Positions 37,972 through 51,684 of a stretch of 64,000 bases of DNA are shown in pieces. The notes beneath the pieces are model-generated. The model had not been told where the DNA came from. It did not search any database and saw nothing but the letters and a program-made list of their open reading frames with translations. This DNA comes from Octopus sinensis (Eukaryota): the NCBI RefSeq assembly GCF_006345805.1, contig NC_043001.1, positions 46,934,001-46,998,000 of the forward strand, read 5' to 3'. Within the stretch, counting starts at the first letter, position 1. Each line of letters opens with the position of its first letter. The position numbers and the translations under genes are program-made.

Positions 37972-40500
37972 TCATCATCATCGTTTAGCGTCCGCTTTCC
38001 ATGCTAGCATGAGTTGGACGGTTCAACTGGGATCTGGGAAGCCAGAAGGCTGCACCAAGCCCAGTCTGATCTGGCAATGTTTATACGGCTGGATGCCCTT
38101 CCTAACGCTATATATATTTATTCATTGTGCACTAAACAGTGTTTATTCTCTGCTTTTGTTTGTATATATGAAGTGTGGGAGGAATGCTACACATGAAGCC
38201 TTGCCGTATAGCCTTTTGGCGTTACTGCATTGTGGTATATGTGAATATGAAATAAATCCAATGATGATATACATGGTTTATGAATAACAAAATGACAAGC
38301 TGGCTAAATAATATAGCAGAAAATGAATTGCTGCTGGTTTAGATTTTAATACTTAACTGTGAAGAGAGGAAAAGAGAAAGAGAGAGAGAGAGAAAGAGAG
38401 AGAAAAAGAGAAAGAGACATACACAGACATAGGCCGACAGTACTAAGGGAAATAACTTCTATGGGCCACATGAATAATTTCCCCTAACTTCTTTGATTTC
38501 ACATCCGTTGTCCATGTTGGCATAAGGTTGGATGGTGTTATCAGAGCTGGCAAGTCGGGGTGGGGGTGGGGGTGTTGGTGGGGCTGTACCAGAGTCCAGT
38601 CTGATTTGGCATGGTTTCTAGGGCTGTATGCCCTTTCTAATGCCAACCACTTTACAGAGTGTGCTGGATACTTTCACAAGGCACTAACAAGGGCGCTTTT
38701 ATGTGTTGCAGCACAAGCACTTTTATGCATCGTTGCACAGGCGCTTTTACATGACACTGCTATGAGTGCTTTACACAACCAGAAGGATCAGTCTTTAATA
38801 CTTCTGCTGCGAGGTGTGGATCTGGTCAAAAATTGTAACACTTTTTTTTAAATAACAAAAACCTTTGGAAATTGATCAAGGAAGCCTGTGTAGAGTATGC
38901 TATGCTGATACTGTTTAAAAAACTGAAACACGTGCATAGATGTCCCTTGTTGGCAAAGATCATAATTTCCTCAAAGCATGTAAATTAACTTCAAGAAATA
39001 ACTTCCTCATTTCTTTATATCATAGTCCTTTTCCTTTTACGAGTTGTTAAGAATTGCCACTATGCATTTGTTTTCTACCTCTAGTTAAGAGGGAGATTTT
39101 CATTAATTCAAAACTTTTTTGCATACAGCATTTAGAACACCGCTCCTTAACGTGTTTAACCATATAGACAGTGTGTATATAAGAGAGATAGAGAGAGAGA
39201 AGCTGACAGAGAAGAGTCCGTATGAGAGAGAAAGTGTGAGAAAGAAGGAAAGAGAGAGAGGCGGAAAAGGTAGTTGCATCATCATTATCATTTAACGTCT
39301 ATTGTCCTTGCTGGCATGGGTTGGACAGTTTGACTTGGGCTGGCATGCCGGAAGGCTGCACCAGACTTTAGTCTGATTTGGCATGTTTTTCTATGGTTGG
39401 ATGCCCTTCCTAATGCCAACCACTCTAAGAGTGTAATGAGTGCTTTTATGTGCCACTGGCACAAGTGCCATTTGCATGACACTGGTGTGCATTTACATGC
39501 CCATTTGTGTGACACTGGTATCTGCCACAATTGCGACTTTGCTTGGCTTGATGGGTCTTCTTCTCAAGCATGACATAATGTCAAAGGTCTCGGTCACTGC
39601 CTTCATGAGGCCCAACACTCAAAAGGAATTCAGCCACTTTGCCTTTGTGAGGCCCAATGCTTGAAAGGAACTCTTGCCACTTTGCCTCCGTGAGGCATGA
39701 TGAATAATTATTGGGTTCATTTCTTGGAAGGATTTTTATATTTATTTGTTATCTGTTAATGCAGCTGGGGTTTGTCATCAACCTCCTCATCATCATTGCT
39801 TTAACATTCACATGTCCAGTTGTATGTGGCAAAATGTGTGAATGTAAGGGGTTAATGTTAGTTAAAAGTGACCCATTAAGATGAATTTGCTTTTTAGGAG
39901 AAATTTTGGTGAATCTAAGAATGACACTTTAGCTATAAAATAGGATTGATAAAAACCTTATTGCAAGAGATAGAATTTAAAGTGTAGCAGAATATAAATC
40001 TTGGGGCCAAGTATTTTTAGGGTAAATTTTATAAGGGTAATTGAATAGATTTTATGTCTTTGTGGATCAGGAGGTAACCTGTAGAAGCCACCCTCATTGC
40101 ATGGAAATTTAGAGTGCATGTTATATAATAAGATAAGATTAACTAAGTGACTTGAATAAGTGAAGTCCAAGTGTACTCAGGCTGATGTCAACAGGTTCAT
40201 TGGAAATCATATTTATCTGCTGTTGTTGTAACGTTTTCTGTCATCTTTTATCTCTTATCTGTTGTTTGTTTCACTCATTAGACTGTGACCATAATGGGGC
40301 TCTGCCTTGAGGAATTTCACTTGAATGAATTGACCCCTAATCAGTACTTTTTATTTATTTTTGAAGCCTGCTACTTATTCTGTCAGTCTCTTTTGCCAAA
40401 CTGCTAGGTTATGGTGCTTAAAAATACCAACACCAGTTGTCAAGCATTGTTTGAGAGATAAATACAGACACAAAGCCACACACACACACACACACGTAAA

Positions 40501-40900
40501 TATCATCATCATCATCATTTTGCATCCGCTTCCCATGCTAGCATGGGTTGGACGGTTCAACTGGGGTCTGGGAAGCCAGAAGGCTGCACCAGGCCCAGTC
40601 TGATCTGGCAATGTTTCTACGGCTGGATGCCCTTCCTAACGCCAACCACTCCATGAGTGTAGTGGGTGCTTTTTATGTGCCACCAGCACTGGTGCCAGAC
40701 GGGGCTGGCAAACGGCCATGGTCGGATGGTGCTTTTTACGTGCCACCGGCACTGGGGCTAGGCCAGGCTGGCAACGGCCACGATCGGATGGTGCTTTTTA
40801 CGTGCCACCGGCACGGAGGCCCGTCGGGGCAGCGCTGGCAACGGCCACATTTGGATGGTTCACTTACGTGCCACCGGCACTGGTATCACAGCTACAATTT
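40501..40900 (-). mobile_element. (CAT)n-tailed SINE-like repeat with internal ~45-bp tandem subrepeats (representative copy)
   Basis: CATCATCAT...TCCGCTT(T)CCATGCTAGCATGGGTTGGACG...GTGCTTTTTACGTGCCACCGGCAC. Further copies at ~5620, 5880-6350, 12946, 15752, 37676, 37969, 39290, 42010, 50110 and 53700. Confidence 0.8.
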
Positions 40901-41919
40901 CCATTGATGTTGATCGATTTCGATTTTGATTCTGCTTTCCACTTGCGTCAACAGGTCTTCACAAGTAGAGTTTTGTGTCTCAAGAAGGAAAGGTATGCAT
41001 AAGTGGACTGGCTACATCCCAGGTAGAGGCCATGGGTTATGGTCTCACTTGTCCTGCCAGGTCTTCTCACGCATACACACATACATATCTTTTACCTTTT
41101 TTACTTGTTTAAATCATTACATTGCGGCTATGCTGGAGCACTGCCTTGAGGAAATTTAGTCAAATTAATCAACCCTAGTACTTAATTTCTTTTTAAACCT
41201 GTTACTCGTTGTATTGGTCTCTTTTGCTGAACCATTAAGTTATGAGTGGTTTAAACACACTAACACTGTTTGTCAAGCAGTGTGGGGGACAAACATACAC
41301 ACACACCTGATGGCTTCTTTTCTGTTCCTGTCTACCAAATCTACTCACAAGGCTTTGATTGGTCTAAAGCTATAGTTGAAGACATCTGCCTGAGGTGCCA
41401 TGCAGTGGGACTGAACTTGGAACTATGTGGTGGAGAAGCAAACTGCTTAGTACACAGCCACTCCTGTGCATGTAGGATACTGTTCTTATCTTTTTCACAG
41501 TTAGGAGAGAACTGACTGGAATATGAAGCTGATTTTATAAGAAGTCTTTTATGGTGGATAGGAAGTACACAGTTTGTAATGTTGAGCTATGTGAAAATAC
41601 TGAATGGCCTTGAACCAGTTTATTACTACACCTGTACTTTCCATAGAGTTAGTGGATATTGTTGGGGGTAATTTCATCAAGAATTGCTTGTTGACTTTAC
41701 TTGGATCAATGAGACTAGTGAAGTTTAACTAAAGTTTGGTTTGTGTTTTTCAAAAATTATAGTTGGGTTTTTAGGATAAAAAATTCAACTCAATTTCTAA
41801 ATTCTGGGCTATCTATGCAGAATTTGTCAGTGTTAAGGATAGTAATGTCAAAGTGTTAAGAGTATTTTTTGGTGGGTGCCTGTTATGGAATTGGAGGCTA
41901 CTCATTGTATGTTGCATGA

Positions 41920-41991
41920 ATCTTGTTGGTCTAGGGGCATGATTCTTGCTTTGGGTGCGAGAGGTCCCAGGTTCAAATCCCGGACAAGCCC
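41920..41991 (+). pseudogene. tRNA-Pro(TGG) pseudogene or decayed gene
   Basis: ATCTTGTTGGTCTAGGGGCATGATTCTTGCTTTGGGTGCGAGAGGTCCCAGGTTCAAATCCCGGACAAGCCC. 72 nt, about 7 differences from canonical eukaryotic tRNA-Pro; pairs 1:72 and 2:71 broken, one T-stem mismatch; no encoded CCA; TTTT at 41999-42002. Confidence 0.85.
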
Positions 41992-42811
41992 ATCATTATT
42001 TTACACTCACAGATTGGTTGGCATTAGGAAGGGCATCCAGCTGTAAAAACTCTGCCAGATCAGATTGGAGCCTAGTGCAGCCATCTGGTTCGCCAGTCCT
42101 CAATCAAATCGTCCAACTCATGCTAGCATGGAAAGCAGACATTAAACAATGATGATGATGATGATTTCTAGTTTTGTCCAACTACAAGTGTGGACATTGT
42201 TAATTAATTTTTTAGAGTGATATTTTCTTTCAGAGATCTTTCTGGAATTTATTTTTCTAGTGTCAGTTATATCTCTTACTAATTAGAAGTCTATGAGACA
42301 AAAAGTAAAAGCAATCACAAAAAAATGTCTCAGAATGATCAATGAGGCATGTTTTTGTTCTGGAGTCAAATTTTAGGTTTAGATGTAGTGTTTGGGTTAT
42401 TTCTATCAAAGTAATGAGCTTCATTTGAGTCTTTTTATGAATTTGTTAGTTTTGAAAATGTGCATTTTTTGCTAGTATGTTCAGGAGGATATGATTCAAG
42501 GATAAATTTACCTGTTTTCTCTCCTGTATCATCTCATCTCTTCCATAGATCATCCTTATGGCAAGTCAGTGTATTAAGGAACTAATTCATTTCTCAGTTC
42601 TTGACTAGTCTGAAGGTTCTTATCTTGAAATGAAACCCTGGAATGAGACTGAGCTTTCCTACTGGCTAAATTATGAAGAAAATTGCCCTTACAAATCACC
42701 TCATGGTGGTTCATTAGAGGTAGATTTTCCTTTGGGTTAAAATGATCTTGGAAAAAATTGTAAGCTATGGAATCACTTATTAACTCCAAATATGGTAATT
42801 AGATTAATATA

Positions 42812-44102
42812 CGAGGGGCGTTCAATAAGTAATGCCCCTGACCCACTTCCCATAGCAGTAGAGCAACGAAACTTGGCACAGTTATTAGTCTTTTTCTACA
42901 TAGGAACCACTCAGAGTTACACATTTCTCCCATCGTTTGATGCAACTCTGGAGACCGTTTTTGTAGAAGACCCCAGCTTGGTCCTCCGACCACGACGTGA
43001 CTTCAGAAATCAAGGCTGCATCATCTGGGAAACGCTTTCCTTTCAAAAACAACTTCATGGCTGGGAAGAGGTGAAAATCAGAGGGTGCAAGGTCAGGAGA
43101 GTAGGGAGATGGGGGAGGAGTTCATAGCCGCATGCTTGTGCTTCTGATCTGACGACACGCGAGTTGTAGACCGGAGTGTTGTCCTGCAGGAGGAGGATGC
43201 CTTTGCTGATCTTGCCCCGCCTCTTGATTTTGATAGCTTCTCTTAATTTCCTCAAAAGTGAAGCATAATAGGCTCCTGTAATTGTGGTACCCTTTGCCAG
43301 GAAATCTGTCATCACTACTCCGTCCTGGTCCCAGAAGACTGTGAGCATGACCTTGCCAGCGGAGGGCTGTCCCCTTGCCTTCTTTGGAGGAGGTGAGTCA
43401 TGGTGCTTCCACTGCATTGACTGGGCTTTGGTCTCTGGATCATAGTGATGGACACAGGTTTCATCCTGTGTAATCAGTCTTTTGAAAAATTTTGACTCAT
43501 CTTCTTGGCACATCTCCAAATTCATCCTCGAGCACTCGACGCGTTCTTGCTTCTGGAAAGGTGTGAGCAACCTGGGAATCCATCTGGCAGACACCTTTTG
43601 CATATGCAAATGGTCATGAATGATAGTTTCCACAGACCCGGTACTAAACTTGACCTCATGGGCTATTTGGCAAATAGTTATGCGTCGATCTTCCAAAATG
43701 GCAGCCTCAACTTGACGGACAGATGCCTCATCAATGGCAGAAGGGGGCAACCAGATCTGGAAGCTGTTTCCACAGAGTTCCAACCATGTTTGAATTTACG
43801 ATGCCAGCGTTTTACAAGGTCATATGATGGGGCATCATCACCATAAGTTACTTTCATTTCATCAAAAGTCTCCCGTGGTGTGCGTCCTTCCAAATACAAA
43901 AACCGGATCACTGCTCGACACTCAACAGGCTCCATTTCACACTTGACTCAGTTCAAACACCTGTATATTAGAAACCACAATTAGTTCAGAGCTGTAATTT
44001 GCCACCTAATCTATATAGATATAAATAATTGCACATGTAAATTTTCAGCTAGATCAAACAACTGAAAGTGGGTCAGAGGCATTACTTATTGAACGCCCCT
44101 CG
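42812..44102 (-). mobile_element. Full-length mariner (DD34D, irritans-like) DNA transposon, 1,291 bp
   Basis: 37-bp TIRs CGAGGGGCGTTCAATAAGTAATGCC(C/T)CTGACCCACTT with 1 mismatch, flanked by TA at 42810-42811 and 44103-44104. Contains a transposase. Confidence 0.96.
42885..43935 (-). pseudogene. Mariner transposase with two 1-nt frameshifts
   Basis: MEPVECRAVIRFLYL...WIPRLL...ITQDET...LLQDN...(HPP)YSPDLAPSDF...YVEKD*. Frameshifts near 43745 and 43110. The second-to-third Asp spacing is 34 after repair; 1051 nt + 2 = 351 codons. Confidence 0.92.
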
Positions 44103-44806
44103 TATGTTTATATTTTATAGTGAGTCAGAAATTCATTTAGTTACATAATAAATAGGATGATAACAGATAATCTATCATGTTCCATTTTCTTATATGATTA
44201 TTTTTTTTGTACCAGAAATTTCATTGAGTTTCATTCACTTGAATGATAAGTTCATATATGTTCTATCAAAACTTTATTAAGATACATGATAACAAGGATG
44301 ATATCACATAATCCATTGCACTATAATTAGTTACATAAATACTGTTTTGTATCACAAATGTCATTGAATTTTATTCTGCTATATGATAAGTTGATGTTAT
44401 GTACTCTATCAGTTAGCTAGATGGTTATGAGCTGATGTTGGATAATCCATCAAAATTTAGATTTTCAGAAATGTTTCAATGATACATTGATATCAGATAC
44501 ATTGAGTGTTGTTCAACTATATGATAACAATTTGATATCATAGGAACCATCTATCTGAAAAGAGAAAAAAAAAACAAATGATGCATTAAATAACTGTGAT
44601 ACGAAGACAGTTAAATTAGATGGATAATTGTTACTGTTGTTGTTGTTGTTGATGATGATGATGCTGATGATGATGATGCCGCCGATTATGATTTAAATGA
44701 GTAAGCTGATGATTATGACTAAAACCACAAGCAATCAAGATGATAACAACTAACCCTGCACTCCAACAAACTAACAAAATTGATGATGATGATGACAATA
44801 ATGATA

Positions 44807-44844
<38 letters not shown>

Positions 44845-45820
44845 AGGGGATGACAACAAGGAGAATCCCCAATGATTATCACAATAACAATAGCAAAACT
44901 CGTAGGGCACTGATAGTAATAATGATGATCATCTCATTTTCATCAGTTTTATCATTATGAACATGAAGGTGTTGATGGTATCAACAACAACAACAACAAC
45001 AACAGCAGCAGCAGCAAGATGACAGAAGCTATTTTAAAATAGACTCCTAGACAGCAGATATATAATCGCAGTGTGTAAATGTTGACTGGATATATAGATA
45101 GCATGTAGAAAATTATTAGAAAGAGATAGTATGTAGATATTGATTGGACAGATACAATGAGCAGATGTTGACTGGACAGATACAGTGTTTAGATTTTGAT
45201 AGGGTCACCCACTTCTACCCAGCTTGTACCTTTCAGTGCAACTTGGGCACTTTCAGATCCTACTAGCTATTTTATATCTCTGTCTATGTATGTCTGTCTG
45301 TCTCTCTCTCTCATGAGCATACCAGGTGTGAGTAGCCATGCAGATTTCTATGGAGAAACCTGTGCTGCCCCACTCATAATAATCCACTCATCCCTTAATA
45401 TGAAGCTAACCTTCCCCTCACCCAATCTACCCTAGGGTTCATAGTCCTGCTGCAAACTACATGGTGATCTCAATAGCACAGGTGGTACGAAATAAAAGCA
45501 CTTAGTGCAAGCTGTAAAGGGATAGGTGTTAGGAAGGATATCCAGTCATAAAAACCACACCAAAGTAGACACTGGAGCTTGATGCAGTCCTTGGACACAG
45601 TGGTCCCTGTCAAACAATTCAGCTCATAGCATTATGGAACATGGACGTTAAATGATGATGATGATGAAGACATAGACAAGATGTTATAAATGATGACTGG
45701 ATAGTTGATGTGTGTACATGTTGACTAGAAAGACATAAATATTGCGTGGATGTGACTGCATGTGTATCGTTGACGATTTTTTCCTCCGCCTTCCCTTCTT
45801 TGGATCTTTCCTTTTTCTAT

Positions 45821-45855
45821 GTTTCTGACGAAGAGCTCTGCTTGAAACGTTAAAT
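45821..45855 (+). ncRNA. Minimal hammerhead motif (family B), second copy (repeat ~45735-45950)
   Basis: GUUU-CUGACGA-A-GAGC(UCU)GCUU-GAAA-CGUU-AAAU. The flanks are the reverse complement of the 6400-6700 repeat. Confidence 0.65.
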
Positions 45856-45945
45856 CTTCCTTCTTTCTTTTTTTTCTTGAGCGTCCAATAACACTATACT
45901 TGTTCCACGTCCTCGTGTTTTCTCTTTTTGTTTTCATGTTTGGAT

Positions 45946-45980
<35 letters not shown>

Positions 45981-46353
45981 AGTATTGACTGGATAGATAC
46001 AATTTTCAAATGTTGGCTGGATACATAGATAAAATATAAAGATGATGATGATGATGACTGGATAGGTCGTGTATAAATTTTGATAGAATATATAGACACA
46101 ATGTGTTGATATTGATATTCAGTTTTAATGAATTATGACTTGATTGCAATAACTAGAAATAAAAAAAACATTTCAAGTCATTATCCTTGCTTTAGTGTGG
46201 TTCTCTTCAATGCAGGTACAGTTTTAGTTAATTAAAAATTATTGTGTTCACCACATTATGTATGTTAGTACTCATATCTACACACCATGAGGCAATGTGG
46301 ACTGGGCAGATAGACACAGTTATAGAATTAATGGCAGTAGCAGCAGCAGCAGT

Positions 46354-46730
46354 GGAGACGCAATGGCCCAGTGGTTAGGGCAGTGGACTTGCGGTCGGAG
46401 GATTGCAGTTTCGATTCCCAGACCGGGCGTTGTGTGTGTTTATTGAGCGAAAACACCTAAAGCTCCACGAGGCTCCGGCAGGGGATGGTGGTGACCCCTG
46501 TTGTACTCTTTTGCTCCAACTTTCTCTCACTCTTTCTTCCTGTTTCTTGTCCCCGACTTCCTACGCAACCACTGAGCCTGGATGTGCATTCATCCATCCA
46601 TCGATGCTCTCGGTGTCGAGGGTTGACCTGCTTTCTCTTCTGGGAGTCTTACGAATAGCAAAGGACCATGTATTGGACTTCTCCCACTATGGACGAAGAC
46701 CGCTTCGCTCAACAAACAAACAAACAAACA
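46354..46730 (+). mobile_element. tRNA-derived SINE, longer copy of the 7056 family with (AAAC)n tail
   Basis: Same head (GGAGACGCAATGGCCCAGTGGTTAGGGCAG...GTTTCGATTCC) and a simple-repeat tail. Confidence 0.8.
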
Positions 46731-47890
46731 AGCAGCAGCAGCAGCAAGTAGTAGTAACAACAGAGGTAATAACAGAATAGTAGTAGGAGCAGTAACAGAT
46801 GCACATCATTAAATACAAACCTCGTATTTACTCTGCTTTACTTTTGACCGACTATTCAATGGCTGATTGATAAGGGACCACTTTTGCATTGTTTTGGAGA
46901 TAGCAGACAGATCCATACCAAACTAGAAAGGAAAGAAATAATAGAAATAGATATAAAAAAGTTTAATAAATAAATGCATGCATAAAAGCTATGCTGAAAA
47001 AGGAAAAGATGAAGTGGACTCTGATATCAGTGGGGAAATCAATTTGTATAGGAGGGCAATAACTCTGAATAAGAACTAATGCAAAATAAAAAGGACATTT
47101 TAGGTAGTCAATCTCACTAGAGCTGATGGCATGATATAATGCATCCAGTACATTCTTATTTCTTTATTGCCCACAAGGGGCTAAACATAGAAGGGTCAAA
47201 CAAGGACAGACAAAGGGATTAACTGATACTTAATTTATCGACCCCGAAAGGATGAAAGGCAAAGTCGACCTCGGTGGCATTTGAACTCAGAACGTAGTGG
47301 CAGATGACATACTGCTAAGCATTTCACCTGGCATGCTAACGTTTCTGCCAGCTTGACGCCTTTACATTCTGTAAAGTGGTTAGTGATGGGAAAAGCATCC
47401 AATTATAAAATGACCATCCCATGCACAACAAATAATAGCAGTTTTTGGATGTTGTTGTATTTATCACATAGTAAATGAGTGCAACAAGGAGGCAAGACCC
47501 TGTCCGAGATCAACATTAATGATGTTGGTGAAGATGATCATAATGTTGATTTGTATGATTCTTTGTATGTAGCTACTTGCAGTTGTTTATGTCTAACCTC
47601 TGATCAGCCCTGCTTGAGCAAATCCATGTTCAAAAATATTCTGGACATGACCATCACATCTTTTTTTCAGACAGTTCATATTCAGGGTGATTTCGTTATC
47701 AAATGTCTCCCTCCATGTTCAAAACGTTAGGATATATATATATATATATACATATAATTTAAGAGATATTTTGCTGAAATTTGTAGCAGGTCCAGTAGCC
47801 ACATAAAGTGGTGAGTTTCCTTGTTGGTTCGTATACAGCTAGGTTGAGCTATACAAACCAAATGTATCAAAGTTCAAGCTGTAATCTACC

Positions 47891-48466
47891 TTATTTCTTT
47901 ATTGCTCACAAGGGGCTAAACATAGAGGGGACAAACAAGGACAGACAAAGGGATTAAGTCGATTACATCGACCCCAGTGCATAACTGGTACTTAATTTAT
48001 AGACCCCGAAAGGATGAAAGGCAAAGTCGACCTCGGCAGAATTTGAACTCAAAACATAACGGCAGACGAAATACCTATTTCTTTACTACCCACAAGGGAC
48101 TAAACACAGAGGGGACAAACAAGGACAAATGGATTAAGTCGATTATATCAACCCCAGTGCGTAACTGGTACTTATTTAATCGACCCCGAAAGGATGAAAG
48201 GCAATGTCGACCTCAGTGGAATTTGAACTCAGAACATAACAGCAGACGAAATACCTATTTCTTTACTACCACAAGGGACTAAACACAGACAAACGGATTA
48301 AGTCGATTATATCGACCCCAGTGCATAACTGGTACTTATTTAATCGACCCTGAAAGGATGAAAGGCAAAGTCGACCTCAGCGGAATTTGAACTCAGAACG
48401 TAACGGCAGACAAAATACCGCTAAGCATTTCGCCCGGCGTCTAACGTTTTTAATAGCTCACCGCCT
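47891..48466 (-). repeat. Head-to-tail array (~3 units of ~180 bp) of a tRNA-derived SINE
   Basis: Units start at 47891, 48076 and 48256; each has GAAAGGATGAAAGGCAA(A/T)GTCGACCTC...GAATTTGAACTC. Only the last carries the full tRNA head. Confidence 0.85.
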
Positions 48467-49349
48467 TTAATCTCTGTAATCTACCTACCCATCTTTGGCA
48501 ACAAAAGCAAAATTGGTGTAAGTACTTACTGGATTGTATTTCATGCATTCATCACCATCTTCATTTTCAACTTCATTTTCCTCTTCATCATCCTTTATCT
48601 CCTTGTCAACTGGTTTCTGTACGACAGAGTGCTTTTGAAATAGACAGTGTCACTGAATATTATATATTTGTACACACAAACACAAACATATATACATACA
48701 TGCATATTCAGATGCACACATATACTTCACACATGCAAACGTGCAAATATTCCCACAGACACACATGTGCATACAAATGCATACACATACATCATCTTTG
48801 TTTTAACATCCACCTTTCTATGTTTGCATGGATCCAATGGAATTCGTTGAGATCTGGCCTTCCTCTCACCAACGCTCAACTATTTTCCAAGCAAGGTAAT
48901 ATTTTACCATGACGTGACATATTTTCATGGAAGACTGGGAATGAACGATACTGCTTGCATGATGATGACACTTATTTACAACTATCATGTAATGTCAAGG
49001 TAAAGAAACACACACACACACACTGCTGTTGGTATTTACCTGTGATCCTCTGAACAGCTTTATATCTTCTAAAGAGAAATCAATCCAGACAGGTGAAGGT
49101 TGTAGTAAAATTAATTTTAGTTCAACAACATTCGTCAATTCACAGATTAACTACATTAGAATGATCCAGAAGATATACATGAAAGAAAGAGAAAAGGAAA
49201 AGAAATAATTTTATCCACAAAAAAAAACAATAAAAAATAAATTTTTAAACTCATGCACAAGGACATACAGTATGTATGAAGGTGTGTAATTAAGTTAATG
49301 GATCCTGATATACGACTGGTAATTTTTCTTTTTATTCCTTCTTCTCCTC

Positions 49350-49495
49350 CTCCTCACCACCATGACGATGACCATGACTACAACCACCATCATCATCATC
49401 ATTGTCATCATCATTGCCACCGCTGCTGCCGCCACTGCCACCACTGCCACCACCACTGCCATCACCACCGCCACCACCACCACCACCATCATATT
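49350..49495. repeat. (CAT/CAC)n low-complexity tract
   Basis: Direct inspection. Confidence 0.9.
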
Positions 49496-51684
49496 CAATT
49501 AACATCCACTTTTCCATTCATGCACAAATCAGATGGAATTTGTTGAGGTAGATTTTTCTACATCTGGATGCCCTTCCTGTCACCAACCCCTAATTCTACC
49601 AATCCACCATCCAGGACGTACTTTATCAACTGAAAAGGATGAAATGCACAGTTGATCTTGGTGGGGGTTTGAAATTAGAGATCAGGGACTGAATAAATAT
49701 TGGTTTCAAATTTTGGCACAAGGCCAGAAATTTTGGTGGGAGAAGTAAGTCAATTACATTGACCACAATCCTCAACTGGTACTTACTTTATCAACCCCAA
49801 AAGGATGAAAGGCAAAGCTGACCTCAGCGAAATTTGAACTCAGAATGTAAAGACAAATGAAATGCTACTAAGCATTTTGCTTAATGTGCTAATGATTCTG
49901 CCAACTCTCTGCCTTATAGAGGCAGAATAATTATTGCAAGGTTTTTCATCCAATGGTCAAGCAATTCAGTGACTCTAATGATAAAATTAAAGAATTTACA
50001 GTATTTCATTTGGTTCTGCATTTTCAGTCATCTTTTTGTTCGAGTACATGCATAGGCATATTTTACTGACTCCAGATGAATGAAAGCTAAAGTCTCTGTC
50101 AAAGATTGAACGTAGAAAATAGCCGTGCGGGTGGCATGTAAAAAGCACCATTCGAGCGTGATCATTATCAGCATCACCTTACTAGCATGTGAAAAAGCAT
50201 TTGAGCGAGGTCATTGCCAGTGCTGCTGAACTGGCTCCTGTGCAGGTGGCACGTAAAAAACACCATTTGAGCAAGGCCGTTGCCAGTACCGCCTGACTGG
50301 CCCTCGTGCCAGTGGCATGTAAAAGCACCCACTACACTCGCAGAGTGGTTGGCGTTAGGAAGGGCATCCAGCTGTAGAAACTCTGTCAGATCAGATTGGA
50401 GCCTGGTGCAGCCATCTGGTTCTCAGTCAAATTGTCCAACCCATGCTAGCATGGAAAGCGGACGTTAAACGATGATGATGATGATGATGACCATAAAACA
50501 TTCATTTTATCATTTATTCCAACATTTATTTCAACTCGGTGTCTTATCACAATGAAGATACAAACTGAGGTAAGTTCCTTATGTAACACAGTAAGATCTT
50601 AGTAACCTGTTTGTAATGCAATAAATATTAATTTCAAATTTTGGTACAAGGCCAGAAATTTGGGGGAGAGGTAAGTCGATAACATCAACCCCAGTGCTCA
50701 GCTAGTTCTTATTTTATTGACCCTGAAAGGATGAAAAGCAAGGATGACTTCAGCAGAATTTGAACTCAGAATGTATGAACGGATGAAATGCTGTTAAGCA
50801 TTTTGCTCAGTGTGCTAATAATTCTGCCAGCATGCTGTCTTAATTCAGCAAGTGTTGTCAACAAATGTTAACACTTTTAAACCACAAGGGTAAAGTGGTG
50901 TTAGCTTTTTTAACTACATGTTTGACACAAAGTTTGAACCGAAATGATGTGTTGGAACAGACCTTATATTTTGGAAGAGTTGTTTTGCCAGTAATTAAAC
51001 ATATGCATTGATTGTGATTATTATTCATATATTTATTATTTCATTATAAGAAGGAATCTTTTTTGTCATAGTCCTGTGGCCTGTTCATACATTTATGCTG
51101 TATCTCATAAAGAATAAAGAAGAGCATAATAACCATTATTGGTTCATATGTTGAATCATATTGGAAAATATAACTCTTCAAAAATACAATAAAGTTGATA
51201 TAGTTTATTATAAATGTTTGCAAAGAAATCATGTTTTTCAAAAGCAATAATACTGTAACTGGCAGAGTTATATTTACCAATAACTAAACACTCAAATAAA
51301 TAATTGTTATTCCTTCCTTCATTATTTAAATATTAGTGTTAGGAGGTTGTGCTACACCCCTACTACTATTCACCTTAATTATTAAATGATGAAGAAATGA
51401 GTAAGATTAACAGTCGGTACACATGTTTAATTATTGGAAAATGTGACTTTCTCAAAATATAGCAATAATTCTTTTGTATTAATGGAAAATACCTATATTT
51501 ACCTGTTTTTTGCCAATCACAAAGTTGCTCTCTGAGCCAATTTCACAGTGTGGGGCTGGCATTAATGGATACTTTCTCAGGCATGTCTTCCATACTTTGG
51601 AATCTAAGTTTTTTCCCCAAAAAAGAAAATAACAAGAATGAATTTAAGCATTTATGGATATTTATAATACATAAATAATAATTA

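Noticed and set aside
40680-40890. CRISPR-like repeat-spacer pattern
   Set aside because: The ~45-bp subrepeats are internal to the SINE, the spacers are related to each other, there are no cas genes, and the context is eukaryotic.
50562-50575. Plus-strand perfect donor GAG|GTAAGT implying a plus-strand gene
   Set aside because: No acceptor or coding context; a few such 8-mers are expected by chance in 64 kb of AT-rich DNA.
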